64,000 bases of DNA from Flectonema sp. DT1601. Its lineage: Eukaryota. Below, piece by piece: positions 30,001 through 32,754 of the stretch. The position numbers were made by a program, and so were the translations under genes. Each line of letters begins with the position of its first letter. The first letter of the stretch is position 1. The notes under the pieces are model-generated. The model saw only the letters and a program-made list of their open reading frames with translations, made no database searches and was not told where the DNA came from. Location of the stretch: positions 1,240,001 through 1,304,000 of the forward strand of contig OZ025788.1 in assembly GCA_964019425.1 (NCBI GenBank), in the 5' to 3' direction.

Positions 30001-32447
30001 ACAACGTGACATATAATTTTAGCATCCTACTCCCATCTCATTCAGTACCACCGTTAGAGTTTTCAGCGATAGCTTCAGATTGTCCTGTGACTCATTACAC
30101 TGTTGCTGGTGAGTTATATGATCAGTGTCATCTATGTCCTTTTGGAGCAATATGTAATGGAAATATCGTAGTCACTACTGCAAGTGGATGGTGGAGAGCA
30201 AATACCAGTTCTGTTGTGTTTTATAAATGTTTTTCACCATCTTGTTTGGGAGGAATGAACTCAACATGTGCTGATGGATACGAAGGAGTTATCTGTGGGA
30301 TATGTAGCTCAGGTTATGGCAGAGACAAATCCACTTGTATGAAATGCCCTGAATGGGGAATTGGATTTGGTCTTACTGTACTTTACGCTGCTGTTGTATT
30401 GTTGATATTCTCTTGTTTAGTAAGAGCAGCAATTGAGGATAACATTCTATTTAGTAAAGCTGGTGCTGACAGAAGATACGTTGCACCAGTTCTTAAGCTA
30501 ATGATAAACGCATTGCAAATGTGTACTTTCGCAATTGAGTTTGAGCTAAACTGGCCAAGTGTAATGGAGACTGTATTTGATACCTCGTCAACGATAAGTA
30601 ATATTGATTTGAATTTTAGAACTTTTAGCTGTACATACACTCAAAACTTCCTTCGTCAATACGCTGTTTATATGATGCTACCTTTAGCTGTTTTTACTAT
30701 GACATTGTTAACCTACGGAACACAGATCTTTTGGAGAAAACTTCGTCGGGTTCCGACAGGACCAAAGATTGAAAGATTTGTGACGATCAATGTCGTCGCT
30801 TTCTTTTTAATATTTCCGACATTAATGAAACAAACAGCTGATATTTATTTATGTGATGATTACAATGGAGTCAGAGTTCTAAGACGAGACCCCTCAATAG
30901 AATGTGATACAGATGAACACAGACAATATAGTCAAGTGGCTACTGCTGCTGCTGTCTTTTACGGAATGCTCCTTCCATTTGCTTACATTCTAACGATGCT
31001 TCGAATTTGGGTAACAGGTCGTCTTGGTGAGAGATTAGTAACAAATTCAATCGGATTCTTCTTTAGAGGTTATAAGAGACAAAAATGGTTTTGGGAAGTC
31101 GTGATTCACGTAAGGAAATGTCTTGTTGTCCTCATCATAATAACATTTAATGACAATCCGTTAATGCAAACATATGTAGCACTGTTGTTAATCGCGTTTA
31201 GTCTGTTGTTGAATTTATTCTTTGAGCCTTACATCAGTAAATTTATAGAACGATTGGAAAACTTCTCATTAGCAGCGGCATTCACAACGATTAATATCGG
31301 ATTAATGTTTAGTCACGTTTCAACTGATGCTTGGGAAATTAGTTTATCTGTTTTCTTATTGTTGTTAAATGTTTTGGTGTTGTTCGGATTCTTATCAGTT
31401 TTCGTAAAGAAGCTTAGAGACATGTTGTATGCAAGATTTGATAAAGATGGTGATGGTAATATCTCAACAGCAGAAGTTCTCGAAGTACTCGCAGAAAAGA
31501 TCAGAGAATGGACAGGTACGGAGAAAACTACTCCCGACAGGGTACGCTCTCGACTTAAATCTGTTGTTAAGAATGTTAATGAAGGACCTGTAGTACCACA
31601 TTTCACACCTGCGACTCATAAATCAGCTCTTCTCAGAAAGTATGATCCAGAAATAGAACAGCCAGCAACTGATGAAGCAGTCCCACAGGATGAAACAACT
31701 AATGGAAATTATCATTTCCCATCTCCTTCAGTTCCAACGTTAATGAATCCTTTTATTGGAGTTAAGAATCCAGTCTCTAGAGATCATAAGATTGATAAAG
31801 GTGGTATACAAATACCACTACCACAACCAAAAGATAACACCAAAGACTCTGATTCTGTTCAAATGGTGGATGTCACAGATACGGATGTTGCTGAAATTAG
31901 TTCTGCTGAAGTGACTCCGATACAACCTCCTCTGGCTGTCAGAACATCACTTCAATCAGACAACTCAGGTAGTGCAGTAAGTTCATCTCATCAAATATCT
32001 GAAGATGATATTATTTCAGCCATCGAAGAATCTAAAGAACGACTCAACAAATTAAAAGGAGGAATTGGATTAGCTATCGCTGACTTCCCTCCAACAGAAG
32101 AAGGAGGTAACAATGTCGTTAAGATCGTGAGGGTAAAACCAAACGGACCAGCAGCAAAGGCTGGACTTCGAACAAACGATCGAGTCCTTCGCATTGGAGA
32201 TGTCGAGATTAAAAGTAAAGCACAATTTCTATCTCAAGCAACACAAGCATCACCTGGTCACAGTCTGCCTTTAGTTATTCAACGAGGAGCAGCTGTAGAA
32301 ATATTAAACATTTCAATAATTGTCGGGTGTCAAGTTACCCAACAACAATATCAATTACTTACTCGTATAGCTGATGGTGTAGTTCATCACAGTGACCTGT
32401 CTCAATTAAAGACTATTTCTATAAGGGATAATGTGTACGCTTGGTAG
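12..32447 (+). CDS. Giant (>=10,811 aa) multi-pass surface glycoprotein/receptor: tandem Ig-like modules, IPT/TIG, EGF/laminin-EGF repeats, Cys-rich segment, multi-TM region, EF-hand, PDZ; probably 5'-truncated
   Basis: Single uninterrupted ORF. The frame is still open upstream of the ATG at 12 (CCA TCT GCA ATG), no signal peptide is visible and the sequence starts mid-module. Recognised motifs: ~135-150-aa beta-rich modules ending V-x-G (to ~23100); PVIHRVSGC/PVITSVTGC/PIVTSIEGC IPT-like domains (~23910-24940); CSGHG-C...C-C EGF repeats (~24940-27540); IPT domains GGTPIMVIGEGF and VITVSGFGF (~28790-29370); CHLCPFGAICNG..GWWR..CADGYEGVICGIC Cys-rich segment (~30120-30350); hydrophobic helices (~30360-31410); DKDGDGNISTAE; GIGL..VKPNGPAAKAGLRTNDRVLRIG PDZ. 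Confidence 0.9.
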   Translation: MIESDNGISWGETESGTFYSCPIESSETYYVCRVNNTWTSISQSIWLEIVPKESTVGAWNPVVIFDGVLIITNTIVTPDVTVYGLLSGIPQVHPSDLLKSGETAQVHLNLASTGISLEAGTIKMEAIKIQDRKLLISPSEDTSIATVCDYDGIDFVVCNSSDIVFSNSYDTHLWLTFIPNNMTVGELNATIYVINTKFIVYETTPYIYIKGQFAHIDVGVTILPPPPQPAYQPLKAFFRIFFSSGDFPNVFEISIPDFYSQGLVRVNSRPTTEDSLECNRNVSSLTVCQYVNSYTDEISTINSQFGSWWRDFYVFFEPEPTLLGSYQVPFTFSGTGYDDSVVEPYMYVLGKFSLLAASTKQSTPSLLLGSDTTEAVVGFYLRSSAIPTTDEEVIITLSNNIVPSLYMWSPNSTSDDRYTCQSQTTSWLCNAHTFINTNSQYLRVYVKVSSSETVTVGKAFISMQVRASQFQPSTTTASLIILGDLTVTGEDPEIVGDAGSGAGATIRLHYRVVGSAISIGGEQVVVPITNAEDAGQIRWGKTKDVHDAQDCYRNSTNTVVCDLDGVTFGPRHEANVFVFVVPEYTDTETARWKGTVSFQADWFRTAVDVPVVEVQGILNAEVVGAEAEPIVALPDEWVMLAYVLTSTAPSSGGETLVLSPSSAFYPGSVMFSLNSSWAGANRESDAQDLEWTACGGSIVQDDASDDVGCDLNAAGAVFGSGGDNDTTTVYVRFLPGSGVGGPMGVSVEFHASNFTTALHYPTVAVAGTTTVESTTVVPVLQEVGKEVAVLLTLTASANFTDVSILLPVSEVRDVYVGTAPESSSDYNLAAARAGDSVRCELVSDEEYVCSGISVSTAETSVSLWMTPDTSRVGEMNVTLRVVGLWMRETQFSPNISVQALLDLDSHDDTPVTPSPAKSGEEVRLKLSAKSSGQESSNVELRVPYDKIDRAQEVRWGISSNRNVSTECPNVTTVNQQYGYVTCDVSGGGVFLTDTAQTLYLWFTPENTTVGHLNMSLTLAADYYEKALEVPDVLVYGQFSASTYVPDATIWSGEAAWVRFRVSGTGWTVGGEKLLGKTSYFSGSLRRAASEKATLGLVDSYAGGGADAGYHVVRLDPANATDDLSTQLIGPDSVLEFWVRFTAAETTVGELFPAYSDGFVLRAHYYVDLVVNFDLTVLGRLRLYESFRTAQVLPSTGVRSGTLVRVQWGIGSTGDSVGGEAMAIDSAKVAPDSVRYGWSDNYEQSSACELNTGGWHAYRNPWSAGCQGCWYVCNMTQATPDSLAVFTAAGARQTWLFFEPLNTTAGILNATVQFAASNFVTEYDVPYVLVKGEVAMLETSAVVTPSQPVTAVAPVTVHYRLRVTGPPEGTLRAAIATEYLGAEPDSLQLRWGTSSNVGEASVCETDSLEGVPLKSCDVRTLYSLGSDDWDSRLVDLYLWFTPSWETVGVLGAKVTFYGEHFLTTVDEPYIYVLGKFNLRASGKNDAQAAVAIAGTTGEVATKFVLSISGDASEDEQVIVTYSDGLVPPRLLWAPNSTADRAACEAETSKRWVCDASGSLRSYLTSGKQTLTVYALPSEHGRAGPNYVAVEVRARQFETARSMVRVSVLGDLTVTGEDPEIVGDAGSGAGATIRLHYRVVGSAISIGGEQVVVPITNAEDAGQIRWGKTKDVHDAQDCYRNSTNTVVCDLDGVTFGPRHEANVFVFVVPEYTDTETARWKGTVSFQADWFRTAVDVPVVEVQGILNAEVVGAEAEPIVALPDEWVMLAYVLTSTAPSSGGETLVLSPSSAFYPGSVMFSLNSSWAGANRESDAQDLEWTACGGSIVQDDASDDVGCDLNAAGAVFGSGGDNDTTTVYVRFLPGSGVGGPMGVSVEFHASNFTTALHYPTVAVAGTTTVESTTVVPVLQEVGKEVAVLLTLTASANFTDVSILLPVSEVRDVYVGTAPESSSDYNLAAARAGDSVRCELVSDEEYVCSGISVSTAETSVSLWMTPDTSRVGEMNVTLRVVGLWMRETQFSPNISVQALLDLDSHDDTPVTPSPAKSGEEVRLKLSAKSSGQESSNVELRVPYDKIDRAQEVRWGISSNRNVSTECPNVTTVNQQYGYVTCDVSGGGVFLTDTAQTLYLWFTPENTTVGHLNMSLTLAADYYEKALEVPDVLVYGQFSASTYVPDATIWSGEAAWVRFRVSGTGWTVGGEKLLGKTSYFSGSLRRAASEKATLGLVDSYAGGGADAGYHVVRLDPANATDDLSTQLIGPDSVLEFWVRFTAAETTVGELFPAYSDGFVLRAHYYVDLVVNFDLTVLGRLRLYESFRTAQVLPSTGVRSGTLVRVQWGIGSTGDSVGGEAMAIDSAKVAPDSVRYGWSDNYEQSSACELNTGGWHAYRNPWSAGCQGCWYVCNMTQATPDSLAVFTAAGARQTWLFFEPLNTTAGILNATVQFAASNFVTEYDVPYVLVKGEVAMLETSAVVTPSQPVTAVAPVTVHYRLRVTGPPEGTLRAAIATEYLGAEPDSLQLRWGTSSNVGEASVCETDSLEGVPLKSCDVRTLYSLGSDDWDSRLVDLYLWFTPSWETVGVLGAKVTFYGEHFLTTVDEPYIYVLGKFNLRASGKNDAQAAVAIAGTTGEVATKFVLSISGDASEDEQVIVTYSDGLVPPRLLWAPNSTADRAACEAETSKRWVCDASGSLRSYLTSGKQTLTVYALPSEHGRAGPNYVAVEVRARQFETARSMVRVSVLGDLTVTGEDPEIVGDAGSGAGATIRLHYRVVGSAISIGGEQVVVPITNAEDAGQIRWGKTKDVHDAQDCYRNSTNTVVCDLDGVTFGPRHEANVFVFVVPEYTDTETARWKGTVSFQADWFRTAVDVPVVEVQGILNAEVVGAEAEPIVALPDEWVMLAYVLTSTAPSSGGETLVLSPSSAFYPGSVMFSLNSSWAGANRESDAQDLEWTACGGSIVQDDASDDVGCDLNAAGAVFGSGGDNDTTTVYVRFLPGSGVGGPMGVSVEFHASNFTTALHYPTVAVAGTTTVESTTVVPVLQEVGKEVAVLLTLTASANFTDVSILLPVSEVRDVYVGTAPESSSDYNLAAARAGDSVRCELVSDEEYVCSGISVSTAETSVSLWMTPDTSRVGEMNVTLRVVGLWMRETQFSPNISVQALLDLDSHDDTPVTPSPAKSGEEVRLKLSAKSSGQESSNVELRVPYDKIDRAQEVRWGISSNRNVSTECPNVTTVNQQYGYVTCDVSGGGVFLTDTAQTLYLWFTPENTTVGHLNMSLTLAADYYEKALEVPDVLVYGQFSASTYVPDATIWSGEAAWVRFRVSGTGWTVGGEKLLGKTSYFSGSLRRAASEKATLGLVDSYAGGGADAGYHVVRLDPANATDDLSTQLIGPDSVLEFWVRFTAAETTVGELFPAYSDGFVLRAHYYVDLVVNFDLTVLGRLRLYESFRTAQVLPSTGVRSGTLVRVQWGIGSTGDSVGGEAMAIDSAKVAPDSVRYGWSDNYEQSSACELNTGGWHAYRNPWSAGCQGCWYVCNMTQATPDSLAVFTAAGARQTWLFFEPLNTTAGILNATVQFAASNFVTEYDVPYVLVKGEVAMLETSAVVTPSQPVTAVAPVTVHYRLRVTGPPEGTLRAAIATEYLGAEPDSLQLRWGTSSNVGEASVCETDSLEGVPLKSCDVRTLYSLGSDDWDSRLVDLYLWFTPSWETVGVLGAKVTFYGEHFLTTVDEPYIYVLGKFNLRASGKNDAQAAVAIAGTTGEVATKFVLSISGDASEDEQVIVTYSDGLVPPRLLWAPNSTADRAACEAETSKRWVCDASGSLRSYLTSGKQTLTVYALPSEHGRAGPNYVAVEVRARQFETARSMVRVSVLGDLTVTGEDPEIVGDAGSGAGATIRLHYRVVGSAISIGGEQVVVPITNAEDAGQIRWGKTKDVHDAQDCYRNSTNTVVCDLDGVTFGPRHEANVFVFVVPEYTDTETARWKGTVSFQADWFRTAVDVPVVEVQGILNAEVVGAEAEPIVALPDEWVMLAYVLTSTAPSSGGETLVLSPSSAFYPGSVMFSLNSSWAGANRESDAQDLEWTACGGSIVQDDASDDVGCDLNAAGAVFGSGGDNDTTTVYVRFLPGSGVGGPMGVSVEFHASNFTTALHYPTVAVAGTTTVESTTVVPVLQEVGKEVAVLLTLTASANFTDVSILLPVSEVRDVYVGTAPESSSDYNLAAARAGDSVRCELVSDEEYVCSGISVSTAETSVSLWMTPDTSRVGEMNVTLRVVGLWMRETQFSPNISVQALLDLDSHDDTPVTPSPAKSGEEVRLKLSAKSSGQESSNVELRVPYDKIDRAQEVRWGISSNRNVSTECPNVTTVNQQYGYVTCDVSGGGVFLTDTAQTLYLWFTPENTTVGHLNMSLTLAADYYEKALEVPDVLVYGQFSASTYVPDATIWSGEAAWVRFRVSGTGWTVGGEKLLGKTSYFSGSLRRAASEKATLGLVDSYAGGGADAGYHVVRLDPANATDDLSTQLIGPDSVLEFWVRFTAAETTVGELFPAYSDGFVLRAHYYVDLVVNFDLTVLGRLRLYESFRTAQVLPSTGVRSGTLVRVQWGIGSTGDSVGGEAMAIDSAKVAPDSVRYGWSDNYEQSSACELNTGGWHAYRNPWSAGCQGCWYVCNMTQATPDSLAVFTAAGARQTWLFFEPLNTTAGILNATVQFAASNFVTEYDVPYVLVKGEVAMLETSAVVTPSQPVTAVAPVTVHYRLRVTGPPEGTLRAAIATEYLGAEPDSLQLRWGTSSNVGEASVCETDSLEGVPLKSCDVRTLYSLGSDDWDSRLVDLYLWFTPSWETVGVLGAKVTFYGEHFLTTVDEPYIYVLGKFNLRASGKNDAQAAVAIAGTTGEVATKFVLSISGDASEDEQVIVTYSDGLVPPRLLWAPNSTADRAACEAETSKRWVCDASGSLRSYLTSGKQTLTVYALPSEHGRAGPNYVAVEVRARQFETARSMVRVSVLGDLTVTGEDPEIVGDAGSGAGATIRLHYRVVGSAISIGGEQVVVPITNAEDAGQIRWGKTKDVHDAQDCYRNSTNTVVCDLDGVTFGPRHEANVFVFVVPEYTDTETARWKGTVSFQADWFRTAVDVPVVEVQGILNAEVVGAEAEPIVALPDEWVMLAYVLTSTAPSSGGETLVLSPSSAFYPGSVMFSLNSSWAGANRESDAQDLEWTACGGSIVQDDASDDVGCDLNAAGAVFGSGGDNDTTTVYVRFLPGSGVGGPMGVSVEFHASNFTTALHYPTVAVAGTTTVESTTVVPVLQEVGKEVAVLLTLTASANFTDVSILLPVSEVRDVYVGTAPESSSDYNLAAARAGDSVRCELVSDEEYVCSGISVSTAETSVSLWMTPDTSRVGEMNVTLRVVGLWMRETQFSPNISVQALLDLDSHDDTPVTPSPAKSGEEVRLKLSAKSSGQESSNVELRVPYDKIDRAQEVRWGISSNRNVSTECPNVTTVNQQYGYVTCDVSGGGVFLTDTAQTLYLWFTPENTTVGHLNMSLTLAADYYEKALEVPDVLVYGQFSASTYVPDATIWSGEAAWVRFRVSGTGWTVGGEKLLGKTSYFSGSLRRAASEKATLGLVDSYAGGGADAGYHVVRLDPANATDDLSTQLIGPDSVLEFWVRFTAAETTVGELFPAYSDGFVLRAHYYVDLVVNFDLTVLGRLRLYESFRTAQVLPSTGVRSGTLVRVQWGIGSTGDSVGGEAMAIDSAKVAPDSVRYGWSDNYEQSSACELNTGGWHAYRNPWSAGCQGCWYVCNMTQATPDSLAVFTAAGARQTWLFFEPLNTTAGILNATVQFAASNFVTEYDVPYVLVKGSIETFLDASSIVTPAQPIVTMTPIKIEYLLRISGKPEGDLKVAIPLQFLGVEPSSRQLRYGNNNFLGDLSICDDDVRDEIPVKACDISDYYSLGRDIDNARLVRLFLYFTPALDTIGSLDAEVMFYGDSFIPVSDYPFVFVLGKFNLRADGRTKSFPAITTGGTEIESQFVLKSSSIPTDDEEVIISLSSGLEAPILLWAYNSSAERVACELYHDSLWRCDASGLLQPYDSDSQTISVYSLPKIGKAIAGPAWVSVEVRAKNFKSELSTARFHVIGELTIVRGTEPKVFYNGQWIIDKYEHGMTIRLNYLIQSTTSSSGGEQITIPIEYSDDFTEVRWSSLPDVHSATPCFHNGTNTVVCDLNSVVRFHPNSFVSIYVFVVPEFEQIERIGKDLNYIWDGTITVDAWWCKSSTVWPRIEISGLINAEAVSSESHPVIALPDETITLGYVLSFTSPIETYITAELTSDTWSNVVYPGSLKYLLRNSTDDISLEPSSTWFDCEDDNCILDMSLQTVTDNDTVSVLIRFDIVSGVGGNLGLEISFGSPNFTTSSDKPITSVAVIPSVELSRTSSERISVSSEFIWFLQFQLSSNTTLSSDTTLLLPIESLSFGEGGQPTSKGSNVYIGTAAFTDKDDSSKMSYFKEQSEPCLLVTDTEIGCPVDFLSSSLSSISIWMTPTDRVGYINGTARLVGLFQRELQISFPNVTVVGSLTLDLTAEVTPTTTVHSSNVTIKYSLSSTWNSNGGEKILLPYEGFNGAEFPHWASGNDLTYHNCSTLMTGAELSAENSFVVPTEDISTLFYICDLGVKGITYTDVIQELYIITYPNPTTVGPLGATLYFTASDFDLLSSVPYIEILGTFDSVTTTPETTIIKSGQFVTVTVSVQTSGSTSAVGGELMGIPSYFIEPSQGVYWSSRSDLLKTSPSSCSTTATVLSLEYLICDLSGNLTFSSSEATYYIKFMPKKSLLWGWPGLFYFGGNSMVKETTISLSPVMNVVGVLETTVERVLPSAYPRSGEGISINYKIKSSATSSQPDQRWVYIETSDTSMTELYTKWLKGVSWGTSIDLSTELLSGGDTCSVITGNSTELGSDFPTITNTSTVWACNLSSVSYSDSEDTSLWFQVLPLNTTVGELNMTMRWVTDGYITHFSTPYIRILGQFGLIFPTAEVTPSHPEVNEAVRLMYHVDCSSDANIVVKFSKSAIYSQITQSYMRLPIWKYERYPDSTVNSSNTWSDCVEDGDDLTKIKCDLSSLTIGSSQKSRDRYLFFDFIPTNTTIGRLPITVFFTAEGFEPVEDSPFIFVTGSITVDSVYMETAYDSWQEPQTIIISLYGSGLSTGEEKITISDQFIDSVYWNDSDTNTIQKISACQHEKDQKIFTCDIRYLSYGDHVVGKSDLKRSASENKYFWQSKDVPFSQHWLLSPSVVRSFHLKVVPNTHAVGSFLIRMIASANGFAQKFFSVNAWQYGVIYPTIPESWVREPWGTHPVQYEIIPSIPQKVTLEVVVHYQIVATAESIGGEIILIPKDKTDGLVVWGTTQPESTTLDTNIIKCDEYNESTSYFVCDVGNQIRYGYDVSRPDRPTDVFIRFKPTHNSGKLLECPITFKGYGFHDTIHIPDIEPLGYVTAYPSVSLTYTTGSTIVVEFAVNSSTTSDGGEELKILRQYITTLSWSPYREYDSSSSSLISCPVSLSHFVCDLEAVGFTFRHNESQTLFLYFISQSTYKELFQPGVTFTAHNFTEETYHPTVEIYSQINIIEREVYNHTLPPIPRGERVKFHYEVMLLSTTDLMIKFPIEYFEWPTTDPIMTPPTISLFNTENSNATDCSGGAKYFTCTHTFSATGVWVDLYLYATFSVGWHEVPVLFTSSYFESVTLPFNITVLETPTWEMTPSGGYLTTYEHLTLKFTGSIDPRDIGLSAGDGHDLVKIIDSSTTANCSSDEVTSAAWIVTDLIHSPRLSDYTDVKLKSLYFHIMISTPGTYSVCYKFRDAQHYISSYQVGTYSNNISVETLNPSGYATSPHESLWQDVPVGEEIFFSFLGSGLDPTNANLDSASGDFFKLIPYEPLRQVLFYSAWNFKNSLCHGRDEGLLNTTINLISDLNGTTTHTFTSHVFALSGDYLVCYKRKDGAWMTMPDSLTVTEHRPVIHRVSGCSDYDMSTYDCQSNGSTTLTITGRFFGEGTSDYLKRAAVRVGTTWCSDILHVSDSLLYCTGYGQRYDHLSKSVVTVESFHKLQSIQTDMYITINPVPVITSVTGCGDNDNINLNHTIDCRRDGYNPQIITIKGKFFGTNGQSLEIYFGGNRGTLDETAIRCRDSKRITNSQIECREYNGEGHNLPVRVVVNGEISGGRNFHDDDLYDDDIYMSFERFPIVTSIEGCADSVFDFMSTFSCPRAGYVPLTIHGKYFAPPLLAGSTKSFYSSIEGKHYSASVYIGSLLCNRTLHMDGRQSTDLICIEYGDKGGADLNVSVVTHDGMQSFNRDARLSFAEECPGKMTETIFCNAHGDCEFDTGTCICRANPTDGFWNGTACDDCAFGYYGPNCLLSCAGGSCNPCSGNGICDMGVLGNGNCTCFSDSLSGHWEGDICQRCVPGYFGKLCNQQCPGANVTCSGHGRCSGGRFGTGTCECDSGWGPGFFSGIDCWDCLDGVWGWECRAPCPGGISNPCGGAAGYCDSGRLGNGTCACRAGFFGVDCSSECPGGASNPCFGNGFCFYDETSLRSLCVCDNGYAGDACEQSCPGSPDGPLCSGHGSCNSGSPGDATCTCDGNFGPITLFDQETLTVRVNTAPITCDACNAGFFGDSCSIECPGGLNNTCSRHGYCNTTTGGCQCTSKYAGLNCEIHCDGQGGEVCSGHGSCFSGASGDGTCTCSTSTAAGNWAGKHCNRCEPGYYSPTCKLECPGGGSNPCNGHGTCSGDVFTSTANCFCKENWYGTACDCALNTTTLSEAQILGYDIAYQWHVRNCTALQCYRSGNDTTSGIHDGLWGFNCDNECRGGGDSPCSNRGKCSYGRGGSGECECVSGWSGYACEIECDGGHLNPCNILTHSGYCTGGLHGTNGSCVCNPGFAGISCQIECPGTSQDPCTGHGVCDDGVYGGGQCSCTPGWATNDCSAPCPGTINGTIACSGNGVCRDGRLGDAQCECDGNFNGTNCDQCVPKFAGALCDVPCQPFANPCNGHGECQDGITGDASCVCDFGFAGTLCEKECPKSISGVTCSDSGTCNITLGICMCNNYYYGDACQTYCNEAETCLDLLDPVLLASDPKNVYPSTWKPVVCNSTGECNCYQLGGQRGFWDGPFCAECMYGYKGYLCNRKCECSDHGLCDRYSGKCLCDSDSIRGYWDGNACDRCLTGWIGSDCKEPNVDLSRVGNIEAGSVSKKQKSVGTGIALFDSVTGWVWGGSWPITRFRQLDPTLAPEEEELDLGGAATASFFSGNWAIVTVRVLFPQGTPDGECFLGNTKVATTSARAQAKRACLSNPSVAEMQQGGFTWVPGERQADRVVRVHKDTFLVDTDIVYLPCNSCVTNLINFDESHEILYLYLNPGIISSDKSIEVLSVSNIAGISSIHNTPLQTATGRVTAIQLATTTTVDIHANTVGGNAIVVSLSRYSMVNRGIQVLAGGSSDWVFATVATCRKVSCIVGASVNSGGYTYYALEHPAPAGSPRILLVKADPSTKTAISSVVPYPDEVGVEHIIVDPNSNLGFIAVNNRAQQSDTPNAPGVIFKWSMQTLSVVGRISLNKVGVNLETVLAFSINNVERVMYVSIALPQLRIMQITLYSVSELQPPYADLRGGTPIMVIGEGFIQSPNGTLCKFGTNTYEGTYVDSSHIRCLSPIAETTAGCASIVLEVSVASNRFTDNKKSLGFANTPIIDTVFPTKGSFSENVVITVSGFGFQDAKQFLKCRFGPKAKRSITGTEPPDANVYYTRATYTGSRQVLCEQPIRSGPSPVNSVLEVAVDGQYYSSSNVEYETLGTPSQFIVLFYQNRMSPVGMTSLSVKSESISHLGILIGRRHDDVNHFVESDQSFQGATATMRLTSPEGHDATHLLYGNISLELFHGQVVFSGVTMQKPLIGLYLLSVTHSLQGFKVGGSRSTVLELTVSQGDPHVLVWAMKGNVSDTIKPDGTLPGISVQLRDVAGNRVRLARTQVIIKASPSIPLSGNVHDLNELGIVNFDGLIVFALHNVTYNFSILLPSHSVPPLEFSAIASDCPVTHYTVAGELYDQCHLCPFGAICNGNIVVTTASGWWRANTSSVVFYKCFSPSCLGGMNSTCADGYEGVICGICSSGYGRDKSTCMKCPEWGIGFGLTVLYAAVVLLIFSCLVRAAIEDNILFSKAGADRRYVAPVLKLMINALQMCTFAIEFELNWPSVMETVFDTSSTISNIDLNFRTFSCTYTQNFLRQYAVYMMLPLAVFTMTLLTYGTQIFWRKLRRVPTGPKIERFVTINVVAFFLIFPTLMKQTADIYLCDDYNGVRVLRRDPSIECDTDEHRQYSQVATAAAVFYGMLLPFAYILTMLRIWVTGRLGERLVTNSIGFFFRGYKRQKWFWEVVIHVRKCLVVLIIITFNDNPLMQTYVALLLIAFSLLLNLFFEPYISKFIERLENFSLAAAFTTINIGLMFSHVSTDAWEISLSVFLLLLNVLVLFGFLSVFVKKLRDMLYARFDKDGDGNISTAEVLEVLAEKIREWTGTEKTTPDRVRSRLKSVVKNVNEGPVVPHFTPATHKSALLRKYDPEIEQPATDEAVPQDETTNGNYHFPSPSVPTLMNPFIGVKNPVSRDHKIDKGGIQIPLPQPKDNTKDSDSVQMVDVTDTDVAEISSAEVTPIQPPLAVRTSLQSDNSGSAVSSSHQISEDDIISAIEESKERLNKLKGGIGLAIADFPPTEEGGNNVVKIVRVKPNGPAAKAGLRTNDRVLRIGDVEIKSKAQFLSQATQASPGHSLPLVIQRGAAVEILNISIIVGCQVTQQQYQLLTRIADGVVHHSDLSQLKTISIRDNVYAW
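1455..17503 (+). repeat. In-frame tandem array of 3,375-bp (1,125-codon) GC-rich units, 4 full copies plus a 2,549-bp partial copy
   Basis: The unit start CTCGGCGACCTTACC recurs at 1455, 4830, 8205, 11580 and 14955. Shadow ORFs recur with an exact 3,375 period and identical translations. Identity ends at 17503 (…GTGAAGGG|AAGTATT versus …GTGAAGGG|GGAGGTT). Confidence 0.97.
17504..20967 (+). repeat. Diverged AT-rich copy of the 8-module unit, continuing in register after the GC-rich array
   Basis: The protein aligns by eye with the array unit: VTPAQPIVT/VTPSQPVTA, PFVFVLGKFNLRA/PYIYVLGKFNLRA, NGTNTVVCDL/NSTNTVVCDL, VIALPDE/IVALPDE, SIWMTP/SLWMTP, PLNTTVG/PLNTTAG. Codons here are A/T-ending. 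Confidence 0.85.
24942..27540 (+). other. EGF/laminin-type EGF repeat tract within the giant CDS
   Basis: Repeated C-P-G-G-x-x-N-P-C-x-G-[HN]-G-x-C ... G-x-C-x-C-x-x-G-[FWY]-x-G-x-x-C pattern. Confidence 0.9.
31440..31475 (+). other. Canonical EF-hand loop directly after the last TM helix of the giant CDS
   Basis: DKDGDGNISTAE matches D-x-D-x-D-G-x-I-x-x-x-E. Confidence 0.8.
32058..32320 (+). other. C-terminal PDZ domain within the giant CDS
   Basis: GGIGLAI (GLGF-like loop) followed by VKIVRVKPNGPAAKAGLRTNDRVLRIGD and LPLVIQRG. Confidence 0.85.
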
Positions 32448-32499
32448 GCTTAGTCCTTCTCAAGGTGTAATTTTTATTTTTCACCTTAAATTTCCACAT

Positions 32500-32754
32500 T
32501 TTATGTTTTCTTTTTTTCTGAACCTACTTTTTCTTTGATTAACAACTGCAAATATTTTTTCAGTCAAGTACTTGATCAAGTTATTAATTTTGTTTTTAAT
32601 TCCTAAAGTTGTTACTGTTTTTACATTGTCAAAATTTCACTCCCTTTTATGTTTTGTTGTTCCTAAACGTCCCTTTTCTTTGATTAACAACTACAAATAT
32701 TGTAGCACCTCATATTAATGTTTTACTACTGTTTTTATGTTGTCAAAGTTTCAC
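32500..32754. repeat. Degenerate direct duplication (~115-145-bp period) in the 3' flank of the giant gene
   Basis: TTTCTTTGATTAACAACT[G/A]CAAATATT occurs at ~32530 and ~32675. TACTGTTTTTA[CA/TG]TTGTCAAA[A/G]TTTCAC occurs at ~32613 and ~32727. Confidence 0.7.
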
